A stretch of 64,000 bases of DNA from Giardia intestinalis (taxonomy: Eukaryota). The position numbers and the translations under genes are program-made. Below, piece after piece: positions 39,770-50,271 of the stretch; within the stretch, counting starts at the first letter, position 1, and the number at the start of each line of letters is the position of its first letter. Location of the stretch: the NCBI GenBank assembly GCA_000002435.2, contig CM018789.1; one strand, 5' to 3'. The notes below the pieces were generated by a model that did not search any database, was not told the DNA's origin, and saw only the letters and a list, made by a program, of their open reading frames with translations.

Positions 39770-41815
39770 ATGTTCCAACTGATACCCCTGTTCATGGCAA
39801 GCGCGCTCATGGCGCCTTGTCAGCCAGATGGGAATCACCTGACCACTTGCGCACACGAAAAGTGCGAGACGGTCGGGTCAGCCGAGATTTGTACCGAGTG
39901 CAAGGTCGGAGGCGTCCCGGTCGACGGCTTCTGCCGACCCTTCGGCTCCATCCAGGCCGCGGCGGCCGGGTGCACCAAAGCAGACGGGGCTGCTCTCGAC
40001 AAGATGACAGCAACCTGCGAGAAGTGCGGCGACGGGTACTTCCTCTTCATGGGCGGGTGCTACAAGACGAGCCTGTGGTCTGAAGTCTGCACAGCAGCCA
40101 GTAATGGAGTATGTACTACTTGTAATACAAAGAACGGCCTGTTCAAGAACCCGGCTGCAACAGTGACTCCTGGTAACGAGTGCATCCTGTGCTCCGATGC
40201 TACAGATAGAAACGGGGTCATGGGAGTGGAGAATTGTCTCAAGTGCACGGCGCCAGGTGGCAATACAGGAGCAGCCGCGTGCACTGCCTGCAAGGCTGGC
40301 TTTTATGGGTCCGGTCCATGCACAAAGTGTCATGACGATTGTGCTACTTGCAGTGGCGCAGCAAATAATCAGTGCACATCTTGTAAGGCTGGAAAGTACC
40401 TGAAGACCGATACTAACACTTGCGTAGATGCTGGTAGTTGTAATGGAAACACTTATGCTGATCCAGTGACAAGGACATGCAAGGATTCTGCAATAACTGA
40501 TTGCACCACGTGTGAGTACAACCCGGCAACTGGGGGCCCAAAGTGCACAGCCTGTGGTAACAGTAAGAAGGTGAAGACAGCCATCGACGGCGCCACAACG
40601 TGCGTGACGGTTGCATCCGAATGTGTGGATGAGAATCACTTTAAAGATGACGGTAACACTATGTGTGTGCTATGCAGTGATACCAGCGGGTCAGACCCAA
40701 ATAAAGGGGTAGCGCAGTGCAAGACATGTACTAAGAATGGAGCTAACAAGCCTGAATGCAAGACATGCCTCGAAGGGTATGTTCTGAAGGGGTCTGGTGC
40801 TGACGCCATTTGTGAGTCTTGTGGAAACAACTGTGCAGTGTGTACCGCAGCCAATGATATATCGACTTGTACAGGGTGCCTTCCCGGGTACTTCCTAAAA
40901 GCCGAGGGTGGAACAAAAGAGTGCGTCCCGTGTGATGACACAGCCAAAGGTGGTCGTGAAGGCTGTAGTCTATGTTCTAGCAACGGTGGATTTAAGTGCA
41001 CAGATTGTAAAGCGAACTACAGGAAGCAGTCTAATGGAGATGCAGGCGATGACTATACATGTGTGAAGACCTGCGAGGACCCTACTGTGTGTGGGGGGAC
41101 GTCTGGAGCCTGCGATGCCATAGTGATCGATGCTAATGGAAAGGAGCATTATTACTGTTCATACTGTGGAGAGACCAATAAGTTCCCCATTGATGGACTA
41201 TGTACTGATAACAAGGGAACAAATGCTGGGTGTACTGATCATACTTGCAGCTACTGTGCTGCCGGGTTCTTCCTGTACATGGGTGGCTGCTACAAGATTG
41301 ATACAGTACCAGGAAGCTATATGTGCTCCAAATCAACAACAGCAGGTGTCTGTGATACACCCAATGCCAACAATAGATTCTTCGTTGTCCCAAAGGCAAT
41401 AAGTGCCGAACAATCTGTGCTGGCTTGTGGCAACCCATTGGGCACAATTGCAGGCGGTAATGCCTACGTCGGAGTGGAGGGGTGCTCCCAGTGCACGGCC
41501 CCCGACGCTCGAGCTGATGGCGGCATGGCGGTTGCCACGTGCACGGCCTGCGAGGACGGCAAGAAGCCCGGCAAGAGCGGCACCGGGTGTGTGGCGTGCC
41601 CTGATGCTAACTGCAAGAGCTGCACGATGGATGACGTATGTGAAGAGTGTGCTGATGGGTTCAGTCTAGACAATGGTAAGTGTGTGTCTTCTGGCACTAA
41701 TAAGAGCGGCCTTTCTACCGGCGCCATCGCTGGCATCTCCGTCGCAGCCATCGTCGTCGTCGGGGGCCTCGTCGGCTTCCTCTGCTGGTGGTTCATCTGT
41801 CGGGGGAAGGCGTAA
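39770..41815 (+). CDS. Variant-specific surface protein (VSP), left copy of an inverted pair
   Basis: Cys-rich with many CXXC motifs, GGCY motifs, a single C-terminal TM and the ...GGLVGFLCWWFICRGKA tail. The track ORF starts on GTG at 39698. In-frame ATGs are at 39734 (MAGAG...) and 39770 (MFQLIPLFMASALMAPC, signal-peptide-like). I chose 39770. Confidence 0.85.
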   Translation: MFQLIPLFMASALMAPCQPDGNHLTTCAHEKCETVGSAEICTECKVGGVPVDGFCRPFGSIQAAAAGCTKADGAALDKMTATCEKCGDGYFLFMGGCYKTSLWSEVCTAASNGVCTTCNTKNGLFKNPAATVTPGNECILCSDATDRNGVMGVENCLKCTAPGGNTGAAACTACKAGFYGSGPCTKCHDDCATCSGAANNQCTSCKAGKYLKTDTNTCVDAGSCNGNTYADPVTRTCKDSAITDCTTCEYNPATGGPKCTACGNSKKVKTAIDGATTCVTVASECVDENHFKDDGNTMCVLCSDTSGSDPNKGVAQCKTCTKNGANKPECKTCLEGYVLKGSGADAICESCGNNCAVCTAANDISTCTGCLPGYFLKAEGGTKECVPCDDTAKGGREGCSLCSSNGGFKCTDCKANYRKQSNGDAGDDYTCVKTCEDPTVCGGTSGACDAIVIDANGKEHYYCSYCGETNKFPIDGLCTDNKGTNAGCTDHTCSYCAAGFFLYMGGCYKIDTVPGSYMCSKSTTAGVCDTPNANNRFFVVPKAISAEQSVLACGNPLGTIAGGNAYVGVEGCSQCTAPDARADGGMAVATCTACEDGKKPGKSGTGCVACPDANCKSCTMDDVCEECADGFSLDNGKCVSSGTNKSGLSTGAIAGISVAAIVVVGGLVGFLCWWFICRGKA

Positions 41816-42935
41816 GTAGCATCCACTTAGGTAGTAAACGCGTCACTGTACAGCCTACTGCTCTTTCACGATGCCAGTAGACCCTCAAAGCCCGGTTTTT
41901 CCTAAGATCTCACCCCTTCTATGCAGCGTGAAAGAGTAGAAAATCCAAAAATAAGCAGCGGGACCGCCCGGCATGTCTACCGCTCTTCTGCCCTGGAGCC
42001 AGCAGACGACGGCCCAGATGCCCCCGTTGTGATCGGGACCTGTGTGAGCCTTCCCGGCGGCGCCCCGGCCTGGCTGGCGCTCTAGTCTCCTCAACCAGCT
42101 CTGCGCGATCCGGCCCCCCGCCGAACCCTGTGGGCCACCGTACTTCTCCGTGCCTCAATAGCGTCCTCGTCGCCCGAGACCGGCCGGGACGCCCTGGCCG
42201 CTGCAGGAGAGGCGCGTCGAGCGATGATCCTCGACCGAGGCCGCCCCCAGCTCCATGGCCATCTGAACGTGCCCGCAGTGGCCGTGCCGCGGCAGTGGAT
42301 TAGCCCGAGGGCGACCCGTGCCGCCCGATCTACGACCCCTGTTTTTGGATTTCTGCGAAGCAAGGCCTAGTTCTGTCATAGGGCGGCTATAGTAATGGTT
42401 AGCATAGCCCGATGGATACAGAGCCGGAGAAGACGCGGACCGGATCTTGTGCTAACTGATGGCGTGCCGTCTACTGTCTACAGCGCAGAGGTGATGCGTA
42501 GACGCACCTGCCCCCGCTATAGGTGGTCCTTGCAGTACCAGACCCGGTAGAGTGGGCTGCCGTCAGGAGCCAGCACAGCGGAGGGCGCCATGTGCCGATA
42601 GGAGCGTGCCCGGTCGCCCCTGGTTACACCGTAAGCGACGCAAGGGCGGGTAGGCGCGGGTCCCACTGTAGCGACACGTGCAAGACACAGCCGCGCGTCA
42701 TCAGGGCCTCAGAGAGCACTGGCTATGATACGGAAGGGCTACAGCCAGCCCGTTCCAAAGAAGGGGAGCCACACAGGCCCGAGGATCACGTCTCCGGAGA
42801 AGGGAAGTTCTGTCCCGGTGGCCGAGATAATGAAAGGGCGATAACTGGAGTGCCCGCTGACCTGAGCCTGAACAGCTCGTGGCACGCATGCAAGGCGCTC
42901 ACTCTGGGACACAAGCGGACATCCGGTTCACGGCC
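39859..42935. repeat. Left arm of a large inverted duplication (~3.07 kb: VSP coding sequence from codon ~30 onward plus ~1.1 kb of 3' flank)
   Basis: The VSP proteins are identical from ...KCETVGSAEICTECK to CRGKA. Flanking junk ORFs in the track are identical between 41885-42951 and 45853-46878 on opposite strands. Manual reverse-complement comparison places identity between ~39859 and ~42935. Confidence 0.8.
41825..41839 (+). promoter_or_regulatory. VSP-type extended polyadenylation signal ACTTAGGTAGTAAAC
   Basis: It lies 10 nt after the stop of the VSP at 41815 and matches the known Giardia VSP 3' motif (ACTYAGRTAGTRAAY containing AGTRAAY). Confidence 0.7.
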
Positions 42936-45838
42936 TCGTGTGCTCCGCTAGCGGTGGCCTCCCCTTTGGTCCTGCTTCATAGCGGGCGAGGGCGGGCCTT
43001 TGTGTTCGTTTTACAAGGCTTCCACCTGACTCGACGGCAGTAGCCGTTGGCGCTCTGGCTCCACTGGCGGTCCTGATTCGGTGAGAGTCTATCTTGGCAA
43101 TAGGAAGTGGATGAGGCCGTGGCTCGCTATGAGGGAGCGTCGTTATTTGTCTTTGGTCGCTGCTTCCCCTGGGAGCGGATATGTCTTCTGTCACTGTGGC
43201 TCTCTGGAACTAGTGATAGTCGCCTCTGTTGCCCCTCGGTGTCCGTCCAACCGTGGTTCTGGGGTAGCACGCCTTCTCAGTCGCAGTCACTCTGGTCCCA
43301 CAGTGGGTCCAGTTGGTGATTGGAAATAGGCTGACAGGCGGCAGTTGCTGGGTATTCATTGGCTGCCACAGGACAGCGAGGGCCGGACAGAACTCTCGGT
43401 GCCCGCGGGGCCCTCCTGGCGTCTCTGGAGTGGGGAGCCGTCCATCCCATAGGTGGTTGAGAACGTCCTTGTGTCCCTGTCTTCTCACTGTGGTATCCCT
43501 CTGGTTGCTGGATGACACCCACGCCCACCGCCTTGCACTTGTGACGGGCTCTGCTCTGGTCGCCGGGCTGGTCTGATCTCCAGCCTGCGTTGCACTCCCC
43601 GAGACACGGAGGCAACGATCACACAGGGCCCCTAGTTGTCCCTCTGCACCAGTGGAGGAGAGCCCCTGTCTGTTGTCTACAATCATCCCATCCTCAGAGA
43701 GCCTGGCCTGGGCGGGCTGCCGTGCGGGCTCTGAGTGCGCCCAGCAGCACAGCCCTAAAGGTAGCCGGGTGGAGTGAATCATCGTGGGATGCACGTAAGG
43801 AGCGCACAGGTCCGGGGCGCCCGAACAGGCTCAGCCCTCGCACCGGCTCCTCCCCGGCCGCCTCAGTCGCGGCGCTAACAGGAAGACGCGTGTCCTGTTC
43901 GACGACCCGGCACACGGACCGACGGCCGGCGAATGCACATGGCAAGGTGGAATAAAAAGTTTGGAACGTCGGCGCTCGCGCGGATCGGGATGCGGCGTTC
44001 TCCAGGCTGGGAGGCCGTGCGTGCGGGCATTACCTTTAACATGTTCCTCACCACGGCCCCAGGCTGATGGGCGGCCGAGGCCTTGCCAGCGTCACGCACG
44101 CCTCTTGCCGGCATTGGGCCGCTCGGGATCGTACATAGGCAGGGCTGCAGAGGCCTTCCGCGGCTCCTGCGGGCAATAGTCTGCCACGGAGAGCACGCCC
44201 AGCTTGGGAGCTCCTCAGGATCACCGTGCAGATCATCGAGACCGGTTCGACGGGCCCCACGTTGAAGGAGGCGCACGGACCGGCGAGCGTGCCGTCTTTG
44301 CAGGCAGGCCCTCGCTGGCCGGGGTGGCGGGGCTCTCCTGTATCTCCGCCGGAGGACGCCCTATCTACTGGCAGCATTTCCACAGTTGCAACGCTACAGG
44401 GACGGGCTGCAGCTCTTCCGCAGGATCTCGTCGGACAGGCAGTTCGGCGTACTCTCACGTGCACTCGCAGGAGCTCCAGGGGCTGCTCCCCGCCCTCGTA
44501 GAATAGCACCCCGCACGCCCCAAAGCCAAATCGAAATGCAGCAGGTGCAGTCGACTCTTCTCGGGTTGTGGCGCTGATCCAATCAGACGCCGCGGCACGC
44601 CCCGAGCAGGCCTCGTCCAGCAGCGGGTGCTCTAGCCGCGCCCCTGAGGCAAGTCTGCTTCTGACCCCGTCCCTGTGCCGACCCCAGCGAGCCCCCGACG
44701 GCTCCGGAGAAGGAGCGCCTTGCGGAGCCCCCTACTGATCCCTCGGTGCAGGAGGATCCCCGGATTACCGACTTGCGTGCGGCAGGCGGCGGAGCACCCC
44801 AGGCCATCCTTACATCTACATGCCCAGCGAGCGCTGTAGCGGGCCGAGATGAAGCCGCGGGCGCCGATGCCGGGGCGCTGGCCACGGAGGCTGCGGCCCT
44901 ACAACCATGCGACCCCTTGGTTCGCGTTTTAGTTTTTGGGGTCCCAAGTTAGCGCCCCCGGAGCAGCACCGGCTGTACACTGTTCACTGCACTCGGTCGG
45001 TCGCATGGTGTAGCAGCTACGGCTCCTCTAATTACGGCGCTTGATGTGTTTACTACTGGGGGTGCTGCTCTCCGTTCTACGGGGTGGCAGGAGTGCTCCC
45101 GCGTGCACGGTAGTACCAGTGGACGCCCCTCAGCTGCCGGGCCGGAGCAGCTCTTGGATGGGTGGACCTATCTTCCTCCGTGCAGCCGTTCCTCGGGCCT
45201 AGTAGACGTGCTTTGCTGTGTCCCGCAGCCCGGATCCTTGCCTTCAGACGCCAGCACGGAACTCTCTAAATTTGTCCTCCTGCGGCGTCCTATGCTACCA
45301 TGCACACTTCGTTTTCATTAAGCCCTTAGGGTTGCAGTCCAGGACTACCGGCCCCCGCATCATCAGATATGGTTGCTGACTGCGGCCGCTTACGCAGTCG
45401 CAGCTGGTTCCGCACTGCCCCTGTATCGGTAGCCTTGGCCTGCATCGCCGGTGTGCGGCCCACTTTGCTCTGCGGGCATACCACACACAGTTACTAGCCT
45501 CGTGATGTGGTGCACCGCTGGGGCAGATAATAGCAGCAGCAATCCTGCAGCCCCGTGTGGTCGTCTGGCAGTGGATGCGAAGGTTTGCAGGCGGGAGCGG
45601 AGGGCCGGGGCTGCTCTTGCTCACGTCACCGGGCGCCGTGGTCAAGGGCTCCGGAGGCACGCCCAGCCCTCTGCTGGACGAGGATCGATGGGCCGCTCAG
45701 AGCCCCGCAAGCTGCGTCCAGGCTGGTATTAGGTGGCCCAATGACGTGGCGACGGGAGCTGTGAGGCGAGACCTGTCGCGCGCCGAGCGTCGGGCCATTG
45801 CTACACCGACTCCCCGAAGGGACACACTCAGCCCGGGG

Positions 45839-48800
45839 CCGGATGTCCGCTTGTGCCCCAGCGTGAGCGCCTCATGCGTGCCACGAGCTGTTCAGGCTCA
45901 GGTCAGCGGGCACTCCAGTTATCGCCCTTTCATTATCTCGGCCACCGGGACAGAACTTCCCTTCTCCGGAGACGTGATCCTCGGGCCTGTGTGGCTCCCC
46001 TTCTTTGGAACGGGCTGGCTGTAGCCCTTCCGTATCATAGCCAGTGCTCTCTGAGGCCCTGATGACGCGCGGCTGTGTCTTGCACGTGTCGCTACAGTGG
46101 GACCCGCGCCTACCCGCCCTTGCGTCGCTTACGGTGTAACCAGGGGCGACCGGGCACGCTCCTATCGGCACATGGCGCCCTCCGCTGTGCTGGCTCCTGA
46201 CGGCAGCCCACTCTACCGGGTCTGGTACTGCAAGGACCACCTATAGCGGGGGCAGGTGCGTCTACGCATCACCTCTGCGCTGTAGACAGTAGACGGCACG
46301 CCATCAGTTAGCACAAGATCCGGTCCGCGTCTTCTCCGGCTCTGTATCCATCGGGCTATGCTAACCATTACTATAGCCGCCCTATGACAGAACTAGGCCT
46401 TGCTTCGCAGAAATCCAAAAACAGGGGTCGTAGATCGGGCGGCACGGGTCGCCCTCGGGCTAATCCACTGCCGCGGCACGGCCACTGCGGGCACGTTCAG
46501 ATGGCCATGGAGCTGGGGGCGGCCTCGGTCGAGGATCATCGCTCGACGCGCCTCTCCTGCAGCGGCCAGGGCGTCCCGGCCGGTCTCGGGCGACGAGGAC
46601 GCTATTGAGGCACGGAGAAGTACGGTGGCCCACAGGGTTCGGCGGGGGGCCGGATCGCGCAGAGCTGGTTGAGGAGACTAGAGCGCCAGCCAGGCCGGGG
46701 CGCCGCCGGGAAGGCTCACACAGGTCCCGATCACAACGGGGGCATCTGGGCCGTCGTCTGCTGGCTCCAGGGCAGAAGAGCGGTAGACATGCCGGGCGGT
46801 CCCGCTGCTTATTTTTGGATTTTCTACTCTTTCACGCTGCATAGAAGGGGTGAGATCTTAGGAAAAACCGGGCTTTGAGGGTCTACTGGCATCGTGAAAG
46901 AGCAGTAGGCTGTACAGTGACGCGTTTACTACCTAAGTGGATGCTACTTACGCCTTCCCCCGACAGATGAACCACCAGCAGAGGAAGCCGACGAGGCCCC
47001 CGACGACGACGATGGCTGCGACGGAGATGCCAGCGATGGCGCCGGTAGAAAGGCCGCTCTTATTAGTGCCAGAAGACACACACTTACCATTGTCTAGACT
47101 GAACCCATCAGCACACTCTTCACATACGTCATCCATCGTGCAGCTCTTGCAGTTAGCATCAGGGCACGCCACACACCCGGTGCCGCTCTTGCCGGGCTTC
47201 TTGCCGTCCTCGCAGGCCGTGCACGTGGCAACCGCCATGCCGCCATCAGCTCGAGCGTCGGGGGCCGTGCACTGGGAGCACCCCTCCACTCCGACGTAGG
47301 CATTACCGCCTGCAATTGTGCCCAATGGGTTGCCACAAGCCAGCACAGATTGTTCGGCACTTATTGCCTTTGGGACAACGAAGAATCTATTGTTGGCATT
47401 GGGTGTATCACAGACACCTGCTGTTGTTGATTTGGAGCACATATAGCTTCCTGGTACTGTATCAATCTTGTAGCAGCCACCCATGTACAGGAAGAACCCG
47501 GCAGCACAGTAGCTGCAAGTATGATCAGTACACCCAGCATTTGTTCCCTTGTTATCAGTACATAGTCCATCAATGGGGAACTTATTGGTCTCTCCACAGT
47601 ATGAACAGTAATAATGCTCCTTTCCATTAGCATCGATCACTATGGCATCGCAGGCTCCAGACGTCCCCCCACACACAGTAGGGTCCTCGCAGGTCTTCAC
47701 ACATGTATAGTCATCGCCTGCATCTCCATTAGACTGCTTCCTGTAGTTCGCTTTACAATCTGTGCACTTAAATCCACCGTTGCTAGAACATAGACTACAG
47801 CCTTCACGACCACCTTTGGCTGTGTCATCACACGGGACGCACTCTTTTGTTCCACCCTCGGCTTTTAGGAAGTACCCGGGAAGGCACCCTGTACAAGTCG
47901 ATATATCATTGGCTGCGGTACACACTGCACAGTTGTTTCCACAAGACTCACAAATGGCGTCAGCACCAGACCCCTTCAGAACATACCCTTCGAGGCATGT
48001 CTTGCATTCAGGCTTGTTAGCTCCATTCTTAGTACATGTCTTGCACTGCGCTACCCCTTTATTTGGGTCTGACCCGCTGGTATCACTGCATAGCACACAC
48101 ATAGTGTTACCGTCATCTTTAAAGTGATTCTCATCCACACATTCGGATGCAACCGTCACGCACGTTGTGGCGCCGTCGATGGCTGTCTTCACCTTCTTAC
48201 TGTTACCACAGGCTGTGCACTTTGGGCCCCCAGTTGCCGGGTTGTACTCACACGTGGTGCAATCAGTTATTGCAGAATCCTTGCATGTCCTTGTCACTGG
48301 ATCAGCATAAGTGTTTCCATTACAACTACCAGCATCTACGCAAGTGTTAGTATCGGTCTTCAGGTACTTTCCAGCCTTACAAGATGTGCACTGATTATTT
48401 GCTGCGCCACTGCAAGTAGCACAATCGTCATGACACTTTGTGCATGGACCGGACCCATAAAAGCCAGCCTTGCAGGCAGTGCACGCGGCTGCTCCTGTAT
48501 TGCCACCTGGCGCCGTGCACTTGAGACAATTCTCCACTCCCATGACCCCGTTTCTATCTGTAGCATCGGAGCACAGGATGCACTCGTTACCAGGAGTCAC
48601 TGTTGCAGCCGGGTTCTTGAACAGGCCGTTCTTTGTATTACAAGTAGTACATACTCCATTACTGGCTGCTGTGCAGACTTCAGACCACAGGCTCGTCTTG
48701 TAGCACCCGCCCATGAAGAGGAAGTACCCGTCGCCGCACTTCTCGCAGGTTGCTGTCATCTTGTCGAGAGCAGCCCCGTCTGCTTTGGTGCACCCGGCCG

Positions 48801-48903
48801 CCGCGGCCTGGATGGAGCCGAAGGGTCGGCAGAAGCCGTCGACCGGGACGCCTCCGACCTTGCACTCGGTACAAATCTCGGCTGACCCGACCGTCTCGCA
48901 CTT
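45839..48903. repeat. Right arm of the inverted duplication (reverse complement of the left arm)
   Basis: As for the left arm. The inner boundary was mapped by hand to ~45839 (shared ...ccggatgtccgcttgtg...), with small indel differences near the inner edges. Confidence 0.8.
46924..46938 (-). promoter_or_regulatory. VSP extended polyadenylation signal (ACTTAGGTAGTAAAC on the minus strand)
   Basis: Reverse complement of gtttactacctaagt, immediately 3' of the right-copy VSP stop. It is part of the duplicated arm. Confidence 0.7.
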
Positions 48904-48993
48904 ATTGACCTGACAGGTCACTATGTGGTCTCCGTCTTGCTGACAAGGTGCTGCAAAAGAACTCACCACAATATAAAAGGCTGTTAATAACAT
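46948..48993 (-). CDS. Variant-specific surface protein (VSP), right copy of the inverted pair (681 aa from the first ATG)
   Basis: The track ORF 46948-49035 starts on GTG. The first in-frame ATG is at 48991-48993, giving the signal peptide MLLTAFYIVVSSFAAPC. The sequence is identical to the left copy from residue ~30 to the CRGKA terminus. The N-terminal ~30 aa is related but diverged (APCQQDGDHIVTCQVNKCE versus APCQPDGNHLTTCAHEKCE). Confidence 0.85.
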   Translation of the reverse strand: MLLTAFYIVVSSFAAPCQQDGDHIVTCQVNKCETVGSAEICTECKVGGVPVDGFCRPFGSIQAAAAGCTKADGAALDKMTATCEKCGDGYFLFMGGCYKTSLWSEVCTAASNGVCTTCNTKNGLFKNPAATVTPGNECILCSDATDRNGVMGVENCLKCTAPGGNTGAAACTACKAGFYGSGPCTKCHDDCATCSGAANNQCTSCKAGKYLKTDTNTCVDAGSCNGNTYADPVTRTCKDSAITDCTTCEYNPATGGPKCTACGNSKKVKTAIDGATTCVTVASECVDENHFKDDGNTMCVLCSDTSGSDPNKGVAQCKTCTKNGANKPECKTCLEGYVLKGSGADAICESCGNNCAVCTAANDISTCTGCLPGYFLKAEGGTKECVPCDDTAKGGREGCSLCSSNGGFKCTDCKANYRKQSNGDAGDDYTCVKTCEDPTVCGGTSGACDAIVIDANGKEHYYCSYCGETNKFPIDGLCTDNKGTNAGCTDHTCSYCAAGFFLYMGGCYKIDTVPGSYMCSKSTTAGVCDTPNANNRFFVVPKAISAEQSVLACGNPLGTIAGGNAYVGVEGCSQCTAPDARADGGMAVATCTACEDGKKPGKSGTGCVACPDANCKSCTMDDVCEECADGFSLDNGKCVSSGTNKSGLSTGAIAGISVAAIVVVGGLVGFLCWWFICRGKA

Positions 48994-50271
48994 TGAGGCC
49001 CATCGAGGCACTGCTAGCGTAAGCAGACATTTCACCAGTGACTCTATTCTCTAAGTAGCCATTCAGTAACGCACTTGTTAGATATCGCGTCAAAGATGCC
49101 AAAGACCCAAAGAGCTGATCCGGTGCCAACCTTCCCGTTACGACAAAACATAGATTTAGCTATCCTCTCAGATAGCACGTAGCCCGCCCTCTGGCCAGCT
49201 AGTTGAGGACTAGCCTTGCTAGGAGAGTTTCGCGCACAAGAGCATTTCATTGATGGCAGTATCAGTGGCCGCCCTGCGTATCGGCTGGATGATCACCCTC
49301 GGCCACGACTCGAGGAACCGGGCACCCGACCAGAGGCATAGCAACGGTTTGGTTTGTCTACGGCCCTACTACCCCTCGCCAGCAGGGAGCGGGCAGCCCG
49401 AATAGCATCAAGCCTCCCCAGTGTTGCCTCTTCTCTAGTGCGCGGAGGTACCCCTCGTGTCTGGGAGACGCTGTGGTGCGGCTGGCTAGAGCCGGTCAAG
49501 TGGGGAACCACCATTTTAGGGGTGCTGGGACATCATTGCGTGCCCGAAGGCTGTCCACCGTAGCGGAACCATCCCAGATAGGAACAGGTGAGGCACCAGT
49601 TCCTTTAGAGGGGCCTGCGACCGGCGAAGGACGGTCTCTAAAGTGGTCAGTAGGGCCCTTCAGTGCGTGGGAGTCGACAGGGGGCGGGTTCACCAATAGT
49701 CTGTGGTGCAAGCGGGTTGGGTCGTATGACAGACGGCGTCCCTGAGCAGGGGGACAGTCACAGTGCGTCGCGATAGAACGTAGCCATCCTCCACGGGGCA
49801 TCGCTCCTGCCGGGCTTCAACAGTGGAATCTCGGGGGGACAGTGTTCGAGGCATGCACTGGTGACCCGTGGCTCGGGGCTGCTGGACATTGCACGGCTGG
49901 CTCCATCGGGTCGCTGGTCAGGCATTCAGGAGAATCTAGGAGTCCCTTGGCAGACCTTGTGACTGGCACAGCAGGAGAGCTGGTCGCCAGGAAACCCTCA
50001 CATCACAGCGAAGAGCGAAACATGACCGCCGTGTAGCCGTTACTATGGTATGCCTTGCAACACAAGGGAGGAAGCTTACATCGATCGGTCCGTTTCACAG
50101 CCGGCCAGTCACACGAAGGTGGAATCAGCACGGCCCCACCTCTCAACGCAGGCCCACATGAAGGGTAATCTCTGTCAGTGTGTCATACAGCATAGGCAAG
50201 CGTCATGAAAGGGTATAAGCGCGGTAAGTGGAGCTGCCATAACCTTGCGTGACAGGGCTGCGCGGGCCGCA

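Noticed and set aside
39878-40639. 253-aa ORF on the minus strand, duplicated at 48124-48885 on the plus strand
   Set aside because: Antisense to the VSP coding sequence. Its frame is open only because the VSP sense strand is codon-biased and G+C-rich, and it duplicates only because the VSP does. No independent coding evidence.
44230-44260. Possible tRNA T-arm-like 'ggttcgacgggcc' and a general search for tRNA genes in the spacers
   Set aside because: The flanking bases do not form the required 5-bp T-stem or an acceptor stem. No convincing cloverleaf found by eye anywhere in the window. tRNAscan-SE should be run, but I report no tRNA.
42936-45838. ORFs in the unique spacer between the inverted arms (e.g. 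43210-43794 194 aa, 44048-44509 153 aa, 45557-46024 155 aa)
   Set aside because: Same reasons: mutually overlapping, compositionally biased, no recognisable motifs, and several start on GTG/TTG in the track. Treated as non-coding.
38223-50271. Possibility that the G+C-rich DNA is rDNA or an rDNA spacer (Giardia rRNA genes are extremely G+C-rich)
   Set aside because: I could not find any of the conserved SSU or LSU core stretches I remember. The sequence lacks the long G/C homopolymer-like runs typical of Giardia rRNA. Not supported; a BLAST against rDNA would settle it.
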